From Candidatus Heimdallarchaeota archaeon B3_Heim (GTDB lineage Archaea; Asgardarchaeota; Heimdallarchaeia; Hodarchaeales; Hodarchaeaceae): a stretch of 32,000 bases of DNA. This document shows, one piece after another, positions 8,857 to 16,326 of the stretch. Positions within the stretch are counted from its first letter, which is position 1. Each line of letters opens with the position of its first letter. The notes below the pieces were generated by a model. That model did no database searches and had not been told where the DNA came from. It saw only the letters and a list, made by a program, of their open reading frames with translations. A program made the position numbers and the translations under genes. The DNA lies in NCBI GenBank assembly GCA_003144275.1, contig NJBF01000026.1, forward strand, positions 35,363 through 67,362. The letters are read 5' to 3'.

Positions 8857-9492
8857 TCAGCACTTTGGGTATGATAATTTATTTAATGTTTCGATTGCTA
8901 AAGAGATTTCCTCCCAATGAGCACTTTTGAGAATGTTTGAAACTGCCTGTTTTGTAATGTTTTCTTCTTTTTCTGTTATAATTTTTTTTCCGATCTTTTC
9001 ATAGGTTAAACCCTGTTTCCGAAGGTGAATAACCTCTTTTTGTCTATTTGTCCATTGCAACTTTAAGGTGGTTAAGAGAGTTAGTAAAGAATTTGTCAAT
9101 TGATCAAATGAATCATTTTCTGACTGTATCCAAGCTGTTCGACGATTATCACTTGCAATCTTCAAAGCTGCTCGTGATCTATGAAAAGCAAGACCATCCA
9201 TTTCCAGAGACTTTCTAGAAAATTTGGTACTAATCGTCCCGATTCCTAAACCACATCGAAATTTAAATGAGAGATCTTCTTCTAATCGTTCAAAAATTGA
9301 ATAAAAATCTGTTAATTCCTTTAAAACTCCTTGAAATGAATCCCCCCAGACAATAATGAAGGGAGACATTATTTTTTTTGAATAATCAATATTTATTTGT
9401 TTAATTACCGTTTTCAACTCTTCTTGAACTTCAAGTCTATTGGTGACTTCTTTTGAATGTACAATATCGCAAGTCATAACGAAATACATCAT
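8857..9492 (-). CDS. satD: SatD family protein (nucleotide-cyclase-like fold + C-terminal HTH)
   Basis: TCDIVHS, WGDSFQG, FRCGLGIG, DGLAFHRSR, then WTNRQKEVI...LTYEKIG...TKQAVSNILK. GGTGA SD upstream. Confidence 0.85.
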   Translation of the reverse strand: MMYFVMTCDIVHSKEVTNRLEVQEELKTVIKQINIDYSKKIMSPFIIVWGDSFQGVLKELTDFYSIFERLEEDLSFKFRCGLGIGTISTKFSRKSLEMDGLAFHRSRAALKIASDNRRTAWIQSENDSFDQLTNSLLTLLTTLKLQWTNRQKEVIHLRKQGLTYEKIGKKIITEKEENITKQAVSNILKSAHWEEISLAIETLNKLSYPKC

Positions 9493-9549
9493 TGTTGTTT
9501 CACCACTTTACATCTTTTTGATACTGGTGAATTTAATCCCATTTATCAA

Positions 9550-9660
9550 GTCAACTGTTTTCAATTGACAAATAGTTAGTCAACTCTTTAGTATTGAGTC
9601 AACTTAAAAAGCTTGTCATTCGTCCTGTCAATAGTTTTCGATTGACAAGGTTTTTGTCAA
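9550..9660. promoter_or_regulatory. Array of palindromic GTCAA-N10-TTGAC operator-like sites upstream of satD
   Basis: Perfect sites at 9550-9569 and 9627-9646. One-mismatch sites at 9579-9598 (TTGAG) and 9598-9617 (TTGTC). Extra GTCAA half-site at 9656. GTCAA starts are spaced 29, 19, 29 and 29 nt. Confidence 0.75.
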
Positions 9661-9666
9661 TACGGA

Positions 9667-10749
9667 TTAGCGAGTATTGAGCGGGGTATGACAAACCTCA
9701 CAGGCAGCTTCTTCCCCCTCGAGGATTTGATTTGTATTATTACAATTGTGACAGTGCACAAACACTTTTTTTTCCGTGAAAAAACCAAAAGTACCTTTAC
9801 CAGCCAATATAGTCTTATCTGCTTGTTCTTTCATCTTTTTGAACAAGGGATTCGATAAATCCTCCAGACTGGTGATAACACTTTGTCGATCGGAATGTTG
9901 TTGTTTGAAAGCAGTTTTTTCTTGAAAGTATGCTTTACGTTCCTCAGGTGTCATCTTTTCAAGTTGTTGAAGCTCTTTCAATCGAAGAGTAAACTTGTTT
10001 CGTTGTTCTAGCAACATAGAATTGAGCGTTTGCGTGGAAAATTCTGATAATTCCTCTAAAGTCAGCTCGGAAAAGTTAACATGAGAAATATTTGATAAGG
10101 GGGTACGAATGTTTGTAGGAGAACTTATTGTTCCTGGAGGTGGTGGTGGGGGAGGATTGACCGTATTTGACCTTAAAGGGGAGGATGTGGGAAAACTTCT
10201 ACTTGCTATTTGCTTGAGATTCGATGTAATGCTATCTTGGACTGTTCCACTGATCTCCTCGATTACAGTCGATAAGTACTCCTTCGAGGTAAATTCTTGT
10301 TGTTTATTTTCTAGAGATTTCAATTGTGCTTCTAATTCGCCGAGACGAGACATTAATTCAAGTAATTGCTGATCATTTTTGGATTCTTTGAGCTCTTTCT
10401 CAACATTACTCAATTCTTCCTGGTTATGACAAATATTACAGATACCGTTTATTAATTCGTCTTTTAAGGTTCTTCTACCACAGTTTTGGCAAATTGTGAA
10501 CATTATTCTAAGTTCAATAAGAGCAGTCTGAATTCGTTTATCATTCGAATTCAATTTGGCTTTGTTCTGATCCGACTCTTTTGCAATTACAGGTTTATGA
10601 ATGAATATGGAGTCTCTTATTGACCAGTCTTTGTCATAAATCGTTCCTAGTTGTTGGAGAGCTTTTTCTATGTTGTTGAAAGGGTTCTTCTTCCCCCTCA
10701 GAGAGGAATGGGATTCAAGAGCAGTAGGTATTTTAGTTCCTTTGGACAT
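9667..10749 (-). CDS. Hypothetical protein: Zn-ribbon, coiled coil, polyproline tract, helical region, C-terminal Zn-ribbon
   Basis: CQNC...CNIC, a heptad-rich segment, seven consecutive prolines, and CHNC...CEVC. Confidence 0.75.
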   Translation of the reverse strand: MSKGTKIPTALESHSSLRGKKNPFNNIEKALQQLGTIYDKDWSIRDSIFIHKPVIAKESDQNKAKLNSNDKRIQTALIELRIMFTICQNCGRRTLKDELINGICNICHNQEELSNVEKELKESKNDQQLLELMSRLGELEAQLKSLENKQQEFTSKEYLSTVIEEISGTVQDSITSNLKQIASRSFPTSSPLRSNTVNPPPPPPPGTISSPTNIRTPLSNISHVNFSELTLEELSEFSTQTLNSMLLEQRNKFTLRLKELQQLEKMTPEERKAYFQEKTAFKQQHSDRQSVITSLEDLSNPLFKKMKEQADKTILAGKGTFGFFTEKKVFVHCHNCNNTNQILEGEEAACEVCHTPLNTR

Positions 10750-10765
10750 GATTTAATTCCTAATC

Positions 10766-11422
10766 CTAGTCAAGAGAACTAGCCTGTTCAAGAAATAATT
10801 GCGCTACAGCTCGTTCGTTCGTGTCTACGTCTGAATTGCTTTCCTTGATTACAACTAGCGCAATTCTTGCCAGTAAATCAAAATTTGGGTCTAAAATTTG
10901 CTGTAATCCAGTTTTAAGAAATTGAGCAGAAGTCATTTCACGTTCGAATGCAGTATTTGTAATTCGATCCAACTCCGTGTAAATCACATCGGCTATTTGT
11001 GGATCAATCTTTGTTGATAATTCTCTCCCGTCTGGAGCATTCTGCTCGAAATAAACCTCAGAGTCAATTAAGAATCGCTGAATCATACCCATGGTATCGT
11101 AAATTAAAATTGACTCTTGTTTGACTATATAATGGTCATAGAATGCTTTCCAGTAGGGTTTATGTGGGATACCTATGTAGCGTTGACGTTGGCCTTTAGG
11201 TATAGAGATATTTACAACCGCAATTGCTTGTTTCTCTACTAATCGTGCAATTGCCCCATCAATTTTCCCCCTACTCCAATTTAAACAAAGTACCAAGTCA
11301 TTTACTGTTACGGGACGATCGAATTTGGAGAGTTTGCGGAGCATTTCTTGATCTGTTTCTTCAGCATTTCCTCGAGGCACGATTTTATAACACCCTTTTA
11401 CGTTAGAACAGACTTTTTCCAA
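10766..11422 (-). CDS. Putative DNA-binding protein, N-terminal winged HTH
   Basis: VTVNDLVLCLNWSRGKIDGAIARLVEKQAIAVV fits a wHTH. The C-terminal part may be ribbon-helix-helix-like. TTG start is uncertain. Confidence 0.65.
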   Translation of the reverse strand: MEKVCSNVKGCYKIVPRGNAEETDQEMLRKLSKFDRPVTVNDLVLCLNWSRGKIDGAIARLVEKQAIAVVNISIPKGQRQRYIGIPHKPYWKAFYDHYIVKQESILIYDTMGMIQRFLIDSEVYFEQNAPDGRELSTKIDPQIADVIYTELDRITNTAFEREMTSAQFLKTGLQQILDPNFDLLARIALVVIKESNSDVDTNERAVAQLFLEQASSLD

Positions 11423-11892
11423 ATTGAAGGATATTTCGTTCGATCATTCCTGATATTAGCATTCAGACAAGTCTAAATTTATATGGTTTTAACATCCCAA
11501 TTTTCATCTTTGGAGATGCAGATTTTCAGGTAAATTTGATATCTACTTGACTATATAACTTTATTGCTAGATTGAGGATTTAAGTCGGACATTTTGTTAA
11601 AAAAAGAGATGTTAAGCGCGCCTATTACTATATAGATGATATTCAAATCACCTCTTTCGGCCTTTTCTATCCCTTAATTTAGTTAATGAAATAATAGTCG
11701 TGTCTATAATATTTTTAATTCATTTATAAGTATAAAAGTTCCTGTATCCTTTAAAGAAGGAAGCTAATTTTATTAGGCCTGACGATTAGCATTTGCATTT
11801 AATGAATAGAAATATTTAGAATCACTAGTACCCTTGTCTCTTCAGTATATTATGTACTAGAAAGAGCTAGTTAACAATTGGAAGGAAAATAA

Positions 11893-13749
11893 ATGGAAAC
11901 CACCCTAGATGGTTGCAAGATTGTCCTTTTGGACTTTTTTCAGAAGAATAAATCTAAACTCCTTAAAGCACTCAAATCTGACGAAGTTCAGACCTTTCTC
12001 GAGCCATTAAGCGATATGACCATAATATTTTCAGATATACAAAAGATCACTGAGTTAAAAAAATATCTTAAAACTCTAGAAATACCAGAAGACGATTTAA
12101 AAGACATTTTACAATTCTTTGATCGTCCTTTTCAATCCTCATTCTCTTGGGGATTCCAGGATAAAGAATTCGTGTTCATACGCCTGGAAGAAACAACTAA
12201 ATTGTTTCTTAAGAAAAATCGTAAGGGTTTAACAGGATTGATTATTCATGAAGTGTTACATGGTGTACAACGCCAGCGAGGCTTAGAAATTCGTTTACAC
12301 GACTCATTAGACTTCAGCTTGGATTTCTTTACACAACTGGCTGAGATAATTCCTCCAGAAAAATACAATCGCACACAAATAATGTCATTTCTGAAACAAA
12401 TATCCCAACTTGCTTTATTTGCGTTAAAAGACATATTTGTTAATGTTGAATTAATTAAGCGAGGAATGGCTGAGTGGTTAATAATTTTCTATCGTGATGA
12501 GCTGGGATTTGGTGAAGATCTTGAAATTAAGCCTCCCCAGTACGAAACTGAATTCGAAAAAGGCGTCGTTAAGGTAAAGGATTTGGATTCATTTGCTACA
12601 GCGTTTACATATACGTTATCACTTATCCCAATTTGGTTACCTTTCATGGTTTTGGAAACTGACTCAAAGGACTATAAACCGTCCCGTGAGTTGAAACATT
12701 TAATTTTTGATAAGTATTACGTTAATCCTTCATTCATTACACGGGAGATGTGGCATATAGAGAACATATTTCTGGCCAGCTTCTCCTTTTCCAAGAGTTT
12801 TCATCGTAAGTGGTATGGTGCAATCTTTAACTTAGCTCTTGAACATCTGCTTGGCGAAGATTTTCTGTTTTATCATCTCTTCAAGGCTACTGAGCTCTTA
12901 GAAGAGCTTTATACAACCCAAGAATCTGAAGAAAGAAAATCTATGGCCATGGTTCCAATTTTGAAAGCTGCGTATGTCTATAGACGAGAACAACTCGTAG
13001 GTATCCAAAAAAGGAACATTGAAGAATTAAACTCTAAGATGCAACAATATGAAATAGGGGAGGAGGAAATTATAGAGCTTGAAGAAAGTATTGATGATTC
13101 TTCTGAACATACTACTTCTCCAGAGCATATGTTTGAAAACCTCATGAAACTTTCAATTATGATTGTAACTCGAGATTTACGAGTAAATGTGTTTTCTGGT
13201 GAAAATTTTAAATTTAAGATCTTTAGTCGCACGATACTCTCTCTTCTCCAAGCGATTAATTATTTAGAAGATGAATGTGACGATCAATATTATCATACAG
13301 TTCGCTTAGGTGTGAAACGACTTCTCCGAACAGATAATCTGTTTAAGCGTAAAAGATGGGCATTATTACTCGAGAATTTTGCTCAAAATACGATTTTTCA
13401 GGGAGAAACTGAACCCTCACAACTAGAAATTGATGAATTAATTTATAATTATGACTTTTTTGAAATTCCATTGACTAATCTCTTCATCAACCTTGGAGTA
13501 TCTTTTATTCAGAATATAAAAACAGTCATGAAAACAGTCCCTGTAAATGATGATGAATTTCCTTTTTTAACGGCTCAACTTATCAATATTCAAATTGGAG
13601 GGATTGAACTTCCAATAGAAGATGAAGAACATCTGAACTTGATGTATGTAAGCAGTCTTATTGCTACTAAAGGGATTCCATATCGAATGATTCAAATCAT
13701 GCTTACAGCTTTTCTACAAACTAGAGTCCCAAAGGAAGAAACAGATTAG
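11893..13749 (+). CDS. Hypothetical protein with zincin-like HExxH metal-binding motif
   Basis: GLIIHEVLHGVQR followed by a downstream LKDIFVN (possible third ligand). GGAAGG SD-like sequence upstream. Otherwise all-helical and soluble. Confidence 0.6.
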   Translation: METTLDGCKIVLLDFFQKNKSKLLKALKSDEVQTFLEPLSDMTIIFSDIQKITELKKYLKTLEIPEDDLKDILQFFDRPFQSSFSWGFQDKEFVFIRLEETTKLFLKKNRKGLTGLIIHEVLHGVQRQRGLEIRLHDSLDFSLDFFTQLAEIIPPEKYNRTQIMSFLKQISQLALFALKDIFVNVELIKRGMAEWLIIFYRDELGFGEDLEIKPPQYETEFEKGVVKVKDLDSFATAFTYTLSLIPIWLPFMVLETDSKDYKPSRELKHLIFDKYYVNPSFITREMWHIENIFLASFSFSKSFHRKWYGAIFNLALEHLLGEDFLFYHLFKATELLEELYTTQESEERKSMAMVPILKAAYVYRREQLVGIQKRNIEELNSKMQQYEIGEEEIIELEESIDDSSEHTTSPEHMFENLMKLSIMIVTRDLRVNVFSGENFKFKIFSRTILSLLQAINYLEDECDDQYYHTVRLGVKRLLRTDNLFKRKRWALLLENFAQNTIFQGETEPSQLEIDELIYNYDFFEIPLTNLFINLGVSFIQNIKTVMKTVPVNDDEFPFLTAQLINIQIGGIELPIEDEEHLNLMYVSSLIATKGIPYRMIQIMLTAFLQTRVPKEETD

Positions 13750-13862
13750 TTCGAAGACCCATAAATCATCAGATTGATTTCAATTTGTAAGGGATCCTCT
13801 TGAAAAGATAATAGTATTTTATTGAAATTCATTCCAAAAGTATGCAAAAGAAAGGGAGAAAG

Positions 13863-14029
13863 CGGCACCAGCAGGAGTTTCAGTCAAAAACTAAATGTTC
13901 TTAACCTTTGAACCTGCGACCACTCGGTGTCTGTGTCTCTTTCTCAATGAAAGATGTCAATTAACAGCCGAACGCTCTACCTCTTCAGAGATAAAGACTG
14001 AATCTCTATCCTAACTGAGCTATGATGCC
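13863..14029 (-). tRNA. tRNA-Asn(GTT) with three BHB-type introns (D-loop 16/17, anticodon 37/38, T-loop 59/60)
   Basis: Removing introns 13983-14012 (30 nt), 13929-13961 (33 nt) and 13877-13906 (30 nt) gives a 74-nt cloverleaf: acceptor GGCATCA/TGGTGCC, D-loop AGTTAGGTA, loop CTGTTAA, T-loop TTCAAAT, discriminator G. Confidence 0.92.
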
Positions 14030-14045
14030 TACTCTACTAAGAATG

Positions 14046-14151
14046 TGGGCCTGGGGGGATTTGAACCCACGAACCATCCGGTTATGAGCCGGACGCTCTA
14101 ACCATTTCAGAGGGTTATGAGGTTATATGCCCTAAACTGAGCTACAGGCCC
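14046..14151 (-). tRNA. tRNA with CAT anticodon, probably tRNA-Ile2 (elongator Met not excluded), with a 30-nt D-loop intron
   Basis: Acceptor GGGCCTG/CAGGCCC, anticodon arm TCCGG-CTCATAA-CCGGA, T-loop TTCAAAT. Intron 14105-14134 sits in a BHB (TCAG/CTGA helix). G1-C72 excludes the archaeal initiator. There is one T-stem mismatch. Confidence 0.85.
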
Positions 14152-14210
14152 AATAGATGTTATACGGTAGTGTTACTTCGTTATTTAAGTGACTTCAGAT
14201 AATCTGAAAT

Positions 14211-14762
14211 TTATGTGTTTATGACGTAAAGTCCATCCTGGAAGACAGTTGGATCTTTACTTCGTCGTCCTCGTAATCGTGAAGATTCAGCTAAGCGTGC
14301 TGCAACTTGTGAAACCTTTTCTTTATCGATTCCAGTTAGAGTTACGATATCCGCTTTGACTTTGATATCAACAGAAGGATCATACGGAACCTTAATAGGA
14401 TCTCTTCTTCCATAGAGATTCTTTATGAGGATTACAGATTTTTGGACTTCTACAGTAGCAGGAAAATGAGAAGTAATGACTTGAACCTGATACGTGTACA
14501 ATTCATTTACGCCTTTGATCATATTATTTAAATGGCCCGCGATGGTTCCTACCAAAGCTGCCTCTCTTTTCTTACCAAAGTGACTGCTAATAACAAATTT
14601 ATTATCATCGTAAGAAATTTTGACACTTATTCTAGTAAAAGATTTCTCTATATTTCCTTTGGGTCCTTCTATTTTAACTGTGAATCCCCCACGAATTTGT
14701 TTCATATCAACCTTGATATTTTTAGGGACTTCAACGGTTTTTTCAATAACAAAGTGTGTCAT
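14211..14762 (-). CDS. rpl6: 50S ribosomal protein uL6
   Basis: VEVPKNIKV...VKIEGPKGNIEKSF...GTIAGHLNNMIKGV...KDPTVFQDGLYV. Confidence 0.97.
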   Translation of the reverse strand: MTHFVIEKTVEVPKNIKVDMKQIRGGFTVKIEGPKGNIEKSFTRISVKISYDDNKFVISSHFGKKREAALVGTIAGHLNNMIKGVNELYTYQVQVITSHFPATVEVQKSVILIKNLYGRRDPIKVPYDPSVDIKVKADIVTLTGIDKEKVSQVAARLAESSRLRGRRSKDPTVFQDGLYVINT

Positions 14763-14781
14763 CGGTATTTTCTCTCCTTAA

Positions 14782-15168
14782 TTAAAATACGTAAGCTAAT
14801 AATCGTCCACCAAGATTTTTCTCTCCAGCTTCGTGATGGGACATGACTCCTTCGGAAGTAGAAACTACAAGAATTCCCATATCTCGTGCAGGAAGGAATC
14901 TTTTCTCCCATTCTACATAGTCTTGCACTTTAACTGGATATCTTGGTTTTATAACACCAATTTTGGTAATTCGGCCTAAGAGCTGAACAGAGATAATCCA
15001 TAAATCTTCCATAACTTCGAATTCGCCAATGGTTCCATATTTTTGGATCACACGCAGAACATTTGCAATGATTCTGCTCGCAGGTCTAATTGTAACTTCT
15101 TTACGACCAAGAATTTCTGCGTTTGCTATTGTGGACATCGCATTAGCTAAGGGGTCATGCATAACCAT
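14782..15168 (-). CDS. rps8: 30S ribosomal protein uS8
   Basis: [14 protein letters not shown]...IKPRYPVK...[24 protein letters not shown]...GGRLLAYVF. Confidence 0.98.
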   Translation of the reverse strand: MVMHDPLANAMSTIANAEILGRKEVTIRPASRIIANVLRVIQKYGTIGEFEVMEDLWIISVQLLGRITKIGVIKPRYPVKVQDYVEWEKRFLPARDMGILVVSTSEGVMSHHEAGEKNLGGRLLAYVF

Positions 15169-15385
15169 AATTTTCTTCTCTTTTGTGGTTTATTCAAATG
15201 AAAATGGCTAGTAAAGCCGAATTAAATGAGTAGAAAGGCCGACATTGCCTTACCATCCATCTATACCGTCCATGAACCCACTTGTTAAAGGTTATCGTGG
15301 AGTAAGCAGTTTTCATTTTGTAGTGGTGCATTGCCTGAGCTTTTTTCTTCGACACAGGGGAATTTTAATCAATAGAAAATGAGGA

Positions 15386-15901
15386 TTACTTTTGTTTTCT
15401 TTTAATTTTGGCAATTGAACCAATTGTTGTAGCTCGGGGTATTATATCATCCACGCTGGAGCTTTCTTCAGATATATCGGTTTTAAGCTCTATGTCGAGT
15501 TCTCGCTCAATCTTGGAAACTACTCTATCAGTAGGTATCACTTTTTCCGCTTCAATTCGGGCTAATAATGTCTCTTTTTCCTTAATTAATCCTGCAAATT
15601 GAGCGCGCCCATAACCATGCTCTTTACGAGCTTCTTGGATCAAGTGACCATAGCCATCAACAAGAATTTTATCATGTAGGAAGTCCTTCTTCGGAGGTAT
15701 TCTTGTCACAGGTTTTGTTTTAGCCTTGGATTGAACTTGATGTTTCTTGTACCTTGGTCGTTGGTCAGGTTTTGGACGTTTTACTACAGGTTTTCCAAAT
15801 TTCGCGCATTTTGAGCATGCATAAAGCTCTACATGATCGATTTCAACAAGTGTAATAAAACCTTCAGACCCACACATTTCACACTGCTGTATTTTACTCA
15901 A
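15386..15901 (-). CDS. mbf1: Archaeal multiprotein bridging factor 1 (Zn-ribbon + HTH)
   Basis: CEMCG...ACSKCAKFG Zn-ribbon, the HTH segment IQEARKEHGYGRAQFAGLIKEKETLLARIEAEK, and a TTIG tail. Adjacent to pan. Confidence 0.92.
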   Translation of the reverse strand: MSKIQQCEMCGSEGFITLVEIDHVELYACSKCAKFGKPVVKRPKPDQRPRYKKHQVQSKAKTKPVTRIPPKKDFLHDKILVDGYGHLIQEARKEHGYGRAQFAGLIKEKETLLARIEAEKVIPTDRVVSKIERELDIELKTDISEESSSVDDIIPRATTIGSIAKIKRKQK

Positions 15902-16326
15902 AAATAATACTTCCTCAACATATAAAACTAATTCCAGTATTCATTATAACATCTTAGATAAAAATATTAAAATCCAACGAAGTGGGTATTTCTTAATTTA
16001 TCAGTAAATCGGCATTCATTTCCGATTGTGTTATCATTCCGCCTTGAGACTGATTTCCTCCTAGTTCTGAATCATTTAGCGAGCTGAGAGAATATTTTTT
16101 TTTATAAATATATGTAATAACCCCTTTCATCAAAAACTACAATTAAACATCAAGAAAAGTAATCACCTTATGCAACCAGTATGAAAAGAAAAATAAAGGA
16201 TGATTAAGTCTGTAGCTATCAGTGGAAAAAACCTCTTTCAATCCTTTGGGTCGAGCAATTATATGCTTTATAACTTTAGGAAGGATTTGAAGGAGTTTGC
16301 TTTCAATCACTAAAGTAGGTATTATT

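Noticed and set aside
9550-9660. GTCAA repeats considered as a mini-CRISPR or iteron array
   Set aside because: Units are 5-bp half-sites in palindromic pairs with 10-nt spacers. There are no 24-40-nt repeats, no cas genes and no rep gene. Kept as an operator array instead.
10109-10372. Plus-strand ORF with a poly-Gly run
   Set aside because: It is the antisense shadow of the polyproline codons of the 9667-10749 gene.
14054-14076. U-C mismatch in the T-stem and 6-nt variable region of the CAT tRNA as a sign of pseudogenisation or editing
   Set aside because: All other arms and the BHB are intact, and single mismatches are tolerated in functional tRNAs.
15200-15340. 45-codon minus-strand ORF (MHHYKMK...MVRQCRPF...) at the expected rps14 position
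   Set aside because: It lacks the CxxC...CRxC zinc motif and RKY signature of uS14. The RQC match is coincidental.
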